From Nemertoderma westbladi (Eukaryota > Animalia > Xenacoelomorpha), in the NCBI GenBank assembly GCA_032718475.1, contig JAUCBJ010000557.1, positions 1-45,439 of the forward strand: a DNA stretch of 45,439 nt. Direction: 5' to 3'. Below are positions 26,894 to 38,815 of this stretch, in pieces. Position numbers and translations under genes: made by a program. The notes under the pieces were generated by a model. The model saw only the letters and a program-made list of their open reading frames with translations, was not told the DNA's origin and did no database searches. Position 1 is the stretch's first letter. Each line of letters opens with the position of its first letter.

Positions 26894-27074
26894 AGAAACA
26901 ATATGTAATAATAAATAAATAATATGGTTAATGTTAAATTGAGATTATTTGTTTTTATTTGAAATGCTGTAGTAAAGTTTATATTTTTAAATTTGTTGTT
27001 TTCAATATTAAATTTTAGAAATATTTCTAAATTCAAAACAAGTTCAATAAATTTAGAAATTTTTATTTATAAGG

Positions 27075-27540
27075 GGAAGGAAGGCGCTGCGCTTCTGTCT
27101 AGGATTTGGAAGTCACATAGAATAAAATGGAACCTTAAGGTTCGATTATTTAGGGCAGCAGTAGAACCAGTACTCTTATGGGAGTCCATGCTGGGCTCTA
27201 ACTGCTGAGGACACCAAATCTCTGGATGGCACATTCACAAGAATGCTACACCGGGTTCATTGTGTCAAGTACAATGCACACATCTCCAATCAGACACTAT
27301 AAAACATTGGAGGTGTCTCATTGGTTCCCCCAATCTTGACACTAGAACAAAGCCGCCTCCGCTTTGCAGGACATTGCTTTCGCCATGAGGACTAGCCAGT
27401 GCATAATCTTGTGCTTTGGCAGCCTCATTCAGTGAATACTCATGGAGGACAGTTTAAAGGACACTGGCCTTGAAGAAGCGGATGATCTAGAAAAATGTCA
27501 TGGGTGATAGGGAGTTGTGGCGGCGCAATTTTGTCGACAA
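27075..27540 (+). mobile_element. Decayed RTE-like LINE 3' coding fragment (different subfamily)
   Basis: RIWKS..LKVRLFRAAVEPVLL, then after a frameshift WALTAEDTKSLDGTFTRML and RLRFAGHCFR, typical of the post-RT region. Confidence 0.8.
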
Positions 27541-27555
27541 GCCGGCACAGCATTC

Positions 27556-28240
27556 TTAGGGGGGGGGGGGTCGGATAGCGCATTTTCTGACCAAAAAGTC
27601 GAATTTTTTAAACATATCCTATCTGATGCAGAATTTCATGCTGAATCCAAATATGGAAACCGTATTCCCATATCTTTAGTTTTCGAGATAACTGGGATAG
27701 AAGATACTGGCTCCGATATATCGCGATATCGGTAAATGCGATGAAGTTTGGGGTTTGCATTCAATATCTGCAAATTTCTGTGCTCAGTGGTGCCAATTGG
27801 ATGTCTCCACGAGAAAGAGCACAAAATTTTAATTGAGAAGGTATTTTTTTATGATTATTGGACCTACTGATCAGTTTATAAGACAACCAAGTCTCCGGAA
27901 TAAAGACGGAACTCGAATAAGCGACTCTGCGGTCTTTGCGGGATTACACGGAATAGACCTATCGGTCATCGGAGATCTTCAAAATGTATAATCTCCAGTT
28001 CTAGTGGTCGTACGAACTCCAGTTCTAGTGGTCGTACGAAGTTCGTTTTAGGTTCATTTGAAAGCTCTTTTCTCAGAGAAGAAAGATACCATTTGATTTA
28101 AGATAAAATGGTTGTGATGCAACATAACATGAATTTGGGTAAAATTATGCCCCAGGCAGCTTTCAAGAGTTTGCCAAACCAAATGGTAACTTTGTTCTCT
28201 GAGAAAAGAGCTTTCGAATGAGCCTAAAACGAACTTCCTA
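27556..28240. mobile_element. Non-autonomous DNA-element fragment with internal inverted repeat
   Basis: 28038-28094 gaagttcgttttaggttcatttgaaagctcttttctcagagaa is inverted at 28180-28238; starts at a G-tract; contains a 24-bp direct duplication at 27993-28040. Confidence 0.55.
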
Positions 28241-28339
28241 AAACGAACTTCTTTTCCATATCTTGATTCGTTGTCAAAACATATCGGGTAGAAGAAGTGT
28301 TTGTGTCCAATCTATGGCAGTATTAATTTATAACGAACC

Positions 28340-28800
28340 TGCCTATTAATAGGCCAGGGTAGTTCTTGTCAAGAGTTGAGCCGTTTAAAAACACGATGTG
28401 GTTGTGTGTGTGTGTATGTATAACCATCCAATATCTCAAAAACTCAAGCAGGTACGCAAAATTTTTAATAACAAACTCTCCATAAATTTTGGTTGCGCAC
28501 AAGACTGTATATTTTTTGTGGCGTTTCGATCACGGGGTCACTGAAAAATAGCGGTTTTGAAAATTTAAAGTCGAATTTCACCGATTTCAACTCATCGAGT
28601 AGGCACCAACTTTTTCATTTGAGCAACATATTTGAGCCTCAGAATCTTTTCAAATATCGCCAATCTCGCACAGAACGTCGCCAAAATTTGTTAGTCCGGC
28701 AAAAAAACGCACAAATTCGTCTAAAAGAGTAAATTATTTAGTTGCGGAATAATATGATTCAACTAGAAAAGCCGGCCAGCTGGCTGTAAGGAGACCCTCC
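28340..28800 (+). mobile_element. Possible Helentron-associated/DINE-like element
   Basis: Short head, (GT)n/GTAT microsatellite at 28404-28420, then aatatctcaaaaact core and a GC-rich 3' stem; recognised by architecture only. Confidence 0.35.
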
Positions 28801-30115
28801 ATAGACATAGACAAACGTAGTGTTAGTTGTGTCCCTCCTCATTCATTATCATCAACTCCCTCCCACCTAACATAGCAGTGAGTAACCTTATAGATTATTG
28901 TCATAGGATTCACTGGGAAGAGGTATTCATCTGGTGGGGTAATACATTATAAAACTTACAGTGTTACAGTTGATGTTTGATTACTGTCTGGGTTAGAGTG
29001 AGATAGTAATAAATTTGGCAAGTAATATACTTCTCTGCAGTTTGGGCCTATCCATTCGATAAATAGTAGTAGCTTACTAGGCCCACATGAGTACCAGCAG
29101 CTGGTGTTTCTATCGTTGAGTTGATGGTAATTATCGTGTTTTCATTTTCACTCACTCAGGGTACTAGTTTGAGGGGCAGGTTCGTTTGAAGCCAGCTTGC
29201 TGGCTTTCTAGTAAATATGATGAAGATTGTTGTTTGCATTCAATTTCTGTAAAGTTTCAGACTTCAGACTCATTGGTGACTCATTGGTGATTAAATGGAT
29301 AATTTCACATAAAAGAGCATCATCATATATCTTGATATAGAAGGCAGTTGTTTTATGATTATTGAATAACAGGGCATTTATTAAAGCCATCTTCAAGCTT
29401 CTGGCAAAATACCGCATTGTAGTCATAAATAACGAGTAGTAGATGATTGGCCCACCCTATGACTATTGTTATTTATATTTACTATGGAAGTTTTCACAAT
29501 TCCATCTGAATGTGACCCGACCAGGCTTTTAATTAATAATGAAAATAATATAGTTTAAACATCATAGATCTCGAATTATGAAATATTATCGATACTTATG
29601 AACTGATTTCTATATCTTTATCTTTAACCGCGTTTTTTCTGGGAAACAACATTTTACCCGATTTTAAAAATCCTATTTCTTGAGAAGTCTTCATTCTGAG
29701 AAGGTGGTTTATGATTCATTTTGAAGGTAATTCGTGTAAGAACTATTTGAATATTTTTATTTATGTTTCATTGAAAAGTTTTCATGCTATGATACTTTGA
29801 ATGATAAATATTCAAACAATGAACAGACACCTATGTGACACCCTGGCAAAGTTTGGTCGAAATTAGTGAATGTATTCCAGAACGGCGACATCCATCCCTG
29901 TACGCTATAAGACTCACCGACCAACCGATTTACTAATGGGTTGATTCAATGCTGTAAATGAAAAACAAATGACGGTAATTAAGAAAATAGTATAATAAAT
30001 AAAATTATTATAAATTAATGAGGAAAAAGTATAAAATAAATTATGTGGGTAACCAGAACCAACAAAATAGTCGACTACAACAACCCAGGTAGCCCGCAAG
30101 GGGGAGCTACCTACA

Positions 30116-31000
30116 TTACAACAGTAATTGGCGGACCCGCTCGGGCGAGTAGGGCAGCACGGAGTCCTCGTTACCTAGGTAACCGCGTTCCCGCGCTCGC
30201 GCGTACACCGACTCGTAAGCCGAACACACGAGACTCATCGCTTGGCTCGTTACTGTGTCCCGGATAGTCACGCTGGCCACCATGGCGACCTGTCGGAGGA
30301 ACAACCGATCGGGCGAGGAGAGAAACCCCGAGAATTTCTCCCAAACCGCCCGGAGAACTTCCACGGTGACGTCATCCGAGATCCGGTCGGAACTCGGCTC
30401 GTAGATCGGCGCCATGTCCGTGGCCTGCAGCACCCAGACGGCCTGCTCGTTGACCAAAGTGTCGACGTGGGCCTCCAGACTGGCGGTCAGCATCTCGATG
30501 TGGCTGTCCATAAACTGGTAGAGAGAGAGACACCCGCGTATCCGGTGGATGCAGTTCACCATGAAGGCCGCCACATCCACGTTGCTAGCCAACCCGGAGG
30601 CCGTCTCGGAACACGCTCTCAGCATCGGGGTCACCACCGCCGCCGTCACCAACTCGTAGTCCTGGCAACGCGACCCCTCCCCGGGGGCGGTCGCGTCCCG
30701 GGAGTCTAGGAGCTCGCGAACCAGCGCAATCGACTCATCGAGACTCGAGGGCGTCGCGAGGTTCGAGAGCGGCGGTTCCATCGATTCGATTAGTTTACCG
30801 ACGTGGATCGATAGAGTGGAACGGAACGCGGTGCCGCACAGCTCCCGGGTCTCCTCCAGACAGAAGATTAGTTTGTTGTCGTGGTTACCATCGGCGCCAG
30901 CGAGCCCGGTCAACGTGATGGAGTAGAAGTGGAGTAGGTTGGAGATCTTGTAGAGGAGAACCGCTCCCGGGTCCGATAATAGTATCTGTTCTACTCGCAT
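30116..31000 (-). CDS. COG6: Conserved oligomeric Golgi complex subunit 6, exon 4 (last)
   Basis: Acceptor attaacag|ATG; RVEQIL, LYKISNLLHFY, FMVNC, C-terminal YSPERVRQLLL*. Confidence 0.92.
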   Translation of the reverse strand: MRVEQILLSDPGAVLLYKISNLLHFYSITLTGLAGADGNHDNKLIFCLEETRELCGTAFRSTLSIHVGKLIESMEPPLSNLATPSSLDESIALVRELLDSRDATAPGEGSRCQDYELVTAAVVTPMLRACSETASGLASNVDVAAFMVNCIHRIRGCLSLYQFMDSHIEMLTASLEAHVDTLVNEQAVWVLQATDMAPIYEPSSDRISDDVTVEVLRAVWEKFSGFLSSPDRLFLRQVAMVASVTIRDTVTSQAMSLVCSAYESVYARARERGYLGNEDSVLPYSPERVRQLLL

Positions 31001-31168
31001 CTGTTAATAGTTAAAAAAACACTTCCAGTAAGATTTAAAAAAAAAACATTGCCCAATAGTAATACTTTCGCTCATCACTGTTTATATTCTTAATTTAATT
31101 ATTCATATTAATTATAATAATTTATTATTAATTTATTAACGACACAATAAGCTATTTCGATGACTCAC

Positions 31169-31380
31169 CTTGAATGGTCGACACAATCCCTCAGTAATAT
31201 CAGCCAATAACAACTGTTTGGTCTCCTCCATATCGGGGCATTGCTTTAACATCTGTTCGAGATGGTCGCGCTCTGACGCAGTCAGCTGATGTATCGCAGC
31301 GGCCATGTCGCCTATGTAACGTAGCGGGTCGTGAGAATGCATCTCTATGGGAACCCCACTGCCTCCTCTCGTTAGTGCGT
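31169..31380 (-). CDS. COG6: COG6 exon 3
   Basis: Acceptor ttgttatag|AC completes the split codon G|AC; [23 protein letters not shown]; donor AAG|GTGAGT. Confidence 0.93.
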
Positions 31381-31423
31381 CTATAACAAATAAATATATC
31401 GTTATGATGGGGGTTTATTCATC

Positions 31424-31482
31424 AACGAATTGATGGTTGTTACACAAGACCAGATTAAGATTCAGTGGGCAATGCTGGCGAC
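31424..31482 (+). mobile_element. Short internally deleted RTE-like fragment in COG6 intron 2
   Basis: aacgaattgatggttg..acaagac is joined to cagattaagattcagtgggca; both pieces match the reverse complement of 4860-5003. Confidence 0.65.
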
Positions 31483-31649
31483 CAAATAGACAAAAGAGAG
31501 GTTCATTTACTGTAAGAATTGCTCGTGGCTGGCTGACTGATCTACAGCCAAAACTACTCTAACGATTTTGATGAAATTTTCACAGCAGCTAGATACCGCG
31601 ATTCTAAGGTCCCTGGTATGTTCCGCTATTTCGTCCATGAGCCGTGGGC

Positions 31650-34600
31650 TCGAAAAATAGACATAAACGAAAAAACGCCATAGGCGCAATGATAAAAACA
31701 CCAGCTGGCACTCATGAAAAATGGATAGAGATAGCCTAGTAATGCTATTCTATAGGAATGGCCACCTAACAAGGAAATGCTTTCTCTGCCAAGTATTATC
31801 CTCACTCTACCACTCAGACAGTAAGCAAACAAAAGCCGTGGGATTCTAATGTACTAGTGACGGGCCTAGCGGCCCGATAAGGAACCGACTTTTTATTTTA
31901 AATAAAAGAGACAACGAGAATTAGTATAGAACTAATAATTATCTAAAAATACAATCATATTTCATACAATAATTATTAATAAATTCGATCCATTATTAGT
32001 TGCTCAATTCTAGAACAAAATCGACCTGCAACTAGTGAAGACCTCGTTTTGGAATTTCGAAACCACGCTGGTGCGATGCGCGATATCGTGTTTAGTTAAT
32101 AAATTGAAAACTCCATCAATTCATGTGCAATCAGTAATAAGAAATCGCGATAAATGTAATTAAATAAAAATTATTCTAGAAAAATTTTCCTCAAAAAGTA
32201 TGAAATCTTGGCATTGGTGACGCGAAACTAGGCTAGTGAGATTCAGGATATTGCGTTTAATATAAAAATCGAAAACGCTATCGAATTCCGTAAAGGCGTT
32301 AATAAAATACTGCAACTTTTTTGAAATTTGTAAAATTCTAGAACTAGAAAAAAATAATTTTTGAACGGCGCTGTTTGGGGTTTCGAAACATGGATAGGCT
32401 GAAAGAGGACATCGAATTAAGTTGAAAAATGAAAACCCCATCGAATTTGGACAAAGCGTTCCGGAGTTATAGCGGATCGAAAAAAATTGACCCCCCCCAG
32501 TCGCCAAAAATTTACAGTAATTTAAAATTTTGCAAAAAAAATTTTTTGCGTTATTTTTGATGGCGAATCGATTGGCAGTACTGGCTACGAAAAATTTTTT
32601 TTGAAATTTTTGGTCAGAAAAAAAAACATGGAAAAAGTATATTCTTAAAAAGATTTGATGTCTTTGCCTATGGTCAGAGAATGATCCAACTCTGTACTTG
32701 GCAATCGCTCAAATCCATTCAGCTGAATGGCACAGTAGAGTAAACTAAAGTAAATTCCCTATACAATGTTCTGAAGGGGAGACTGACAGAGAGTAATACA
32801 ACAATAAAACATTTTGCAATAATGTTGGCATTAATGTAGCCAACTCACTGTGTAAGTAACAGTCATTCAGCTTACATTAGCAGAGTGAGATATTCCCATA
32901 CAATGCATTGGGATGGGAAGAGTAATTCAGCTGAGGCGATATTAGATTTCAAACTAAAGCAACCAGTTAATATTTGCTTTGACAGAGTGTCCTAGGGCCT
33001 AAACAAACAGTATGGGTGTACTGAGTACAATAATCTTGGCAACCTCATCGATTTATACTAAGCCTTGTGTAGAAATTCATTACATAAGCCATTTTTCATC
33101 ACTACACCTATGCTTATTCCCCAGAAGTTAGTTATTTTCCCAGTTATTTAACCCGCGGGCAGGAAACAACCCGAGGGCGAAGCCCGAGGGTGTTCCTGCC
33201 CAAGGGTTAAATAACTGGGAAAATAACTAACTTCTGGGGAATAAGTAAGTTGTTACACATGTACTGTGGTATGTATTTCGATTATTTTTATCCCTTAACA
33301 ACTATTTACAGATTCTAAAAGGGCATTGTTTGGGGGGAGAGTTTACAAAATGGGGCTTGGAAAGTTTTGGGGGTGTTTATATTGATTTTTCCCAAGGGCA
33401 TTGGAAAATTTTCGGTGTGTTTCACTTTAATTCATTAATTGCATAGGTGTTATTTTGCCCAAGGGAATAATAACACCCAAGCTCCTAAGGTAAAACATTA
33501 GGCCTACTGTGTCATGTGTGTTATAGCTCTATGCTTAATTCATCCAATCGCCGTAAGATTCGATCATCAAAAAAGCACCTGAATTTGTTAGTGAAAATTG
33601 ATGTCAAACTTATTTAAATGGTTTACATTCTAAAATTCATATTTTCTTACATTGGCCGCTAGGAGTAACATTGCATAAACTTCAAATTGGATATATAACT
33701 AAATTGGCTGAATTAATTGAATAGTATTTTTGGTGGACATGTCATGTATCCACTACCCACAGAAGGGGGGTGTATATCGTTCACATTAAATACATTTATT
33801 AGTATAAATAATTATTTACTACTTAGGAAAATGTTAATTAATTTAATGGTTCTGGAATTATGAAGTTTATTAAGAATATATATTATATGTATATGAATAT
33901 ATATTAATATATATATATTACTTACTATTGAGTTTCGGATTTTGCTCAAACTACGTGGAAAGCTACAAACATTTTCTATTTCGATGCTCTTTCAACACAT
34001 GTAATAAAGTTTAAGAAATTCCACGAAAAATATTTTCACATTTACATTTTTCGCCGGGAAAAGTAAGTTCAATGCAATCCTAGGCCTACTTTATGATTAC
34101 ACTTATTATTCCCTAGGGAAAAAAGTAGGTACTTCTTTTTCTCCACATTTTGAGCTATATTTGAGCTAACTAAATAGTAACATTATAAGAATAACATTAA
34201 TATTCCCATAGTAACGGGTTGTTATGCCAGTTTTAAAAGAATGATGTCACTTAGAGTCGACCAACACCTATTTCCGCTCCACTATATCAACGTATGGTCT
34301 AGAAAATGTAGTTTTGGCTAAGAACTGCATAAAAGTAAAGTAAAGTTATATTCAAACGTGTAAGAAGAAACACCCGAGGCAACAACCCAAAGGCTCCATT
34401 CTCTTGGCTATTATCTGTAACGCAGGGAAGGCACCACACTACTCCCAAGGTCGAGTACTCTGGTTATCTAACCATATTCTTTACTCCTTAACTCATGACA
34501 GGTTGCCATTAGCCTACAGTACAACTGGAAGCTAGCAACAATTAGGCTGTTCTGGGGCTTGAACACCAGACCTTCCGCTTAGAAGACCGGTTAATACTTT

Positions 34601-35368
34601 TTTTTACTTTACTTTAATATTAAAACGTTTCAATGTCTGTATTAAAAATGAAAAGGCAGAAAGGGGCGAACGTATTTAAACGACATTCTTAGATATCTTT
34701 TTTTAACATTTAGGAGGAAGGAACTGGAGAAACGCCTCACTGCAGTACGAGGTAGTACGGTACCTTGCAGCCTATATAAATACAGGCCAAACTAGACCTA
34801 CCTGCAGGGCTGCAGGCTGCAGACCTGGTACGGTGCGACTCTGGACTGTGACACTATGTAGGCCTACTGTACCGGTACCTCTTAATTTGCAGTGGAAATT
34901 GAAAGTTTAGTCATAGGTCAGTGCCGTCAGTATAAGTCGTCAGTATGAGTATGACAATGGGGTGATTAATGAGACATAAATAGGCCTTGCTGTCTAGTGG
35001 AGCACAGCCCAATAATAATGAAACATGAAATACAAAACGCCCAATAATAATGAAACATGAAGTACAAAACTAGTTGGTGGTCTGAATACCTGATTCTACA
35101 CCTGATGTGACACACAACAGACCTAAGACGAGTACAGCAGCATTACCGGTTCCTATGTTTGTATGTCAGTATGTGGTGTCACGATAAACACTTCACTACT
35201 AAGAGGGAATAACATGGTTATTTTGCCCTAGGGCAAAATAACTTTTTTGGCCGTAGCCCAGCATTAGGGATAGTTATCTTCCCGCTAATAAATGTGTAAC
35301 AACAGCTGTTATTGGTGTTATTTTACCATTGCGCCTATGGCGTTTTTTCGTTTATGTCTATTTTTCGA
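31650..35368. repeat. ~50-bp inverted repeat pair bracketing 3.7 kb of COG6 intron 2
   Basis: tcgaaaaatagacataaacgaaaaaacgccataggcgcaatg at 31650 is inverted at 35327-35368. Confidence 0.75.
33113..33245. repeat. ~130-bp near-perfect palindrome with a GCGAAGC-capped centre
   Basis: cttattccccagaagttagttattttcccagttatttaaccc ... gggttaaataactgggaaaataactaacttctggggaataag, centred on ccgagggcgaagcccgagg. Confidence 0.9.
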
Positions 35369-35374
35369 ACCAAA

Positions 35375-35629
35375 CTGGCAACCAACTCATGGAAAGCGTA
35401 GTCGTGGACGACCGGCCATAACATATATAGATCAACTTGAAAGGGACACTGTACTTGGGAGAAACGAAATTGGGACAACTATGGAGAATCGGGAAGCCTG
35501 GAAGGATCTCAATACCACTGTCCGAGTTCGCTCGACCTAGTAGTAGTAGTTGGAGAATCGGGAATCATGGAAGGATCTCCTTTCCACTGTCCGAGCTCGC
35601 TCGACCTAGTAGTAGTTGTAGTAGTAGTT
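35375..35629 (+). mobile_element. RTE-like LINE 3' end with (TAG)n tail, followed by a second shorter 3' end
   Basis: WQPTHGKRSRGRPAITYIDQLERDT..MENREAWK..VRVRST*, then tagtagtagt; the last ~60 bp plus tail is repeated at 35551-35629. Confidence 0.88.
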
Positions 35630-35964
35630 ATTTATTTAACAAAAACAAACAGATATTAAGGGAGATAGGGGGGGGGGGGGGGGGGGGGTTACATTCTCCT
35701 TGGGTAAAAATTTATGGATGAGGATTTTAAATCGTAAAACGGATTAGCAATCGATCTCTTTTAGTTCTCTTTGACAGACCGACGAACGAACATACATAAA
35801 ATACTCCAAACAATAAAACAGAGGCCGGAAATGAAATCACCGACTATGAATATCGCGGTAAAGAACAATATTAGAAAGGTGAAGCGCTGCCTTCTTATCA
35901 GATATTACTAACCGATCGACAGACTCCAGACAAAGAGTTTTTAGAGGTATTATTTAAACTTTAA

Positions 35965-37328
35965 CCCTATTACCACTGGGGGGGGGGGGGGGGGGGCGAA
36001 TCGCCCCCTTCTTAGTTTTTAGTTGCTGTAACTATGCAACCACATTACGTACCGGCCCAATTTTTATTGAGAATTAGCCAAATTTAATGCCGCATCTTTT
36101 GCAAAAAACGCCGTTGCAATTGGATTTCTACTTTTCGATGTGGGTGCCACCTCAAAATTTGGTCTCCAGCAACAAATTTTTTGAAATTTTCGAATTTTAC
36201 AAAGTCATTCGTGATTTCGTAATTATTTGTGTTTGGGCTATTTTTATTTATTTTTATTGGTTTGGATCACTCTAATGCTCTATACAAGTATGTAAGTGTA
36301 GTGGTACGTCATTTTTGGAGCACCAAAATTAGGGCGTGGCACTTTAAAATTTCAAAATTACTTTATTCGGAAAAATTACTAAAGTTTTGATTTCGAAGCA
36401 TTTTTATTGGTTTTCTGGAGCGCTGAATCGATTGAAAGTAATATAGAAGCCTGAAGACTTAGTGTTTCGCCATTTTTGGTGCACCAAAATTAGGGCGTGG
36501 CACTTCAAATTTTGAATAATACGAGATTCGGAAAATTCACTAAAGTTTTGATTTCAAATTATTTTTATATGTTTTCTGGGGCGCTGAATCGATTGAAAGT
36601 AATATAGAAGCCTCAAATCCTTGGTGTACGTAATTTTCGGTGCACAAAAAGTAGGGCGTGGCACTTCAAATTTTCAAAATTACTTTATTCGGAATAAAAA
36701 ATAAAGTTTTGATTTCAAAAATTGGCGAACTTCTAAGTTTTCAGGCTTCTATATTACTTTCAATCGATTCAGCGGTCTGGAAAACCTATATAAATTCGTT
36801 AAAATTTCAATTTTGGTTTATTTTCCTAATCTCGTATTTTTCAAAATTTGAAGTGCCACGGCCTAATTTTTTAATTTTTTTAAAACCCATAAAGATGTGT
36901 TGAAATAAAAAAATTAGGGGATAATATCGAATTTTTCAAAATTTGAAGTGCCACGCCCACTTAGGTGCACGAAAAATAGCATCCACTTCAATTTTTGGAA
37001 GTGGAATATAATCACATTCGATTCCGCGTCTTGAAAACCCTACTAAATCTAGCCAACACTGCCCCACTATTAGTTTTTAGAAAACGAAAAATTTTGTAAT
37101 TTTGTCCTGGGACTACTTTTATTTTTCATCAAAATTATGAGTCCCTGCTTATGAAATTTTAACTTTTTAAGGTTTGGTAGTGTTCATCTATAGTTGTTTC
37201 ACCAACAGCCCAAATTGTGTAGGATTTCATTGGACGATTACAAAAATATAGTGGGTGGGCCGAATCGCCCCCCCCCCCCCCCCCCCCCCAGTGGTGCTAA
37301 TGGTCAAAACACCCCAGTGGTAATAGGG
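35965..37328. mobile_element. Non-autonomous piggyBac-like element
   Basis: TTAA on both sides; TIRs CCCTATTACCACTGGGG / CCCCAGTGGTAATAGGG; internal ~165-bp tandem units and inverted tagggcgtggcacttcaaatttt motifs. Confidence 0.9.
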
Positions 37329-37373
37329 TTAACAGCAACAGTGGCGTGGTAGCCTCGCTACTAAATACATTTA

Positions 37374-38320
37374 TAGGCTCTTATGAACTTACCGATAAAG
37401 GCTCTTATGAACTTACCGATAAAGGCTCTACTAAACTTACCGATAAATAAAGACTCTACTAAACTTACCGATAAAGGCTCTACGAAACTTACCGATAAAT
37501 AAAGGCTCTACTAAACTTACCGATAAATAAAGACTCTACTAAACTTACCGATAAATAAAGGCTCTACGAAACTTACCGATAAATAAAGGCTCTACGAAAC
37601 TTACCGATAAAGGCTCTAATGAACTTACCGATAAAGGCTCCAATGAACTTACCGATAAAGGCTCTAATGAACTTACCGATAAAGGCTCCAATGAACTTAC
37701 CGATAAAGGCTCCAATGAACTTACCGATAAAGGCTCTAATGAACTTACCGATAAAGGCCCCACTAATGAACTTACCGATAAAGGCTCTACTAATGAACTT
37801 ACCGATAAAGGCCCTACTAATGAACTTACCGTTAAAGGCTCTACTAATGAACTTACCGATAAAGGCCCTACTAATGAACTTACCGTTAAAGGCTCTACTA
37901 ATGAACTTACCGATAAAGGCTCTACTAAATTTACCGATAAAGGCTCCAATGAACTTACCGATAAAGGCCCTACTAATGAACTCACCGTTAAAGGCTCTAC
38001 TAATGAACTTACCGATAAAGGCTCTTCTAAACTTACCGATAAAGGATCTTATGAACTTGCCAATAAAGGTTCTACTAAACTTACCGATAAATAAAGGCTC
38101 TACTAAACTTACCGATAAAGGCTCTACTAAACTTACCGATAAAGGCTCTACTAAACTTACCGATAAAGGCTCTACTAAACTTACCGATAAATAAAGGCTC
38201 TACTAAACTTACCGATAAAGGCTCTACTAAACTTACCGATAAAGGCTCTACTAAACTTACCGATAAAGGCTCTACTAAACTTACCGATAAAGGCTCTACT
38301 AAACTTACCGATAAAGGCTC
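37374..38320 (-). repeat. 24-28 bp minisatellite built from the COG6 exon2/intron2 junction, about 37 copies
   Basis: Sense unit GAGCCTTTATCG|GTAAGTTTAGTA; the first copy overlaps the real exon end. Confidence 0.95.
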
Positions 38321-38657
38321 GCACCACGGCGTTTCGTCTCGCCGTCGCAAACTCATTAACTACGAACTGAAACATAACGGGACGCGACGATAGAATGTAA
38401 ACGGAACGGCAAACCGTTTGGGAAATGTCTGGGGAACTTCTGTTCATAGAACGGCATTGGTCCGCGCACCATCTATACAACTTATCGAAGGCTTCTTCTT
38501 GGTATGTGGACATCGAGCTCATGAGCTCGAGCCCGGCTCGTTGTTGGTTGCTACGCAGTAAACTCTTGCTGTCGTCATGGATACTTCGGACGCGGTCTAA
38601 CGCATCGAAGAATTCATCACAAATCGGTTTATCCCAGCCCCCCTTCAGGGCCGTTAC
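38309..38657 (-). CDS. COG6: COG6 exon 2
   Basis: Acceptor ttccggtag|GTA; EFFDALDRVRSIH..LLRSNQQRAGLELM, LYRW, ARRNAVVRAFI; donor ATCG|GTAAGT, phase 1. Confidence 0.92.
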
Positions 38658-38815
38658 CTACCGGAATGTATTACATAAGTTTTACTAACATAAACATCGT
38701 TCGAGAGGATAGTGGCGCACACGCAGTGACAGCAATTGAGATAATAGTGGAATGTCTGGGCGAAAAAAATGTGACAGAAATTCCAAAAGATTTTTGTGAG
38801 TAACTCTATATGTAT

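Noticed and set aside
29208-29426. 72-aa minus-strand ORF
   Set aside because: Unrecognisable; possibly decayed TE sequence, but unsupported.
30242-30709. Antisense or overlapping ORFs on COG6 (and similar ones on SARS2 and TMEM165)
   Set aside because: Expected shadow ORFs of GC-rich coding exons.
37545-38194. MNLPIKA / SSLEPLSV repeat ORFs
   Set aside because: These are translations of the intronic donor-site minisatellite.
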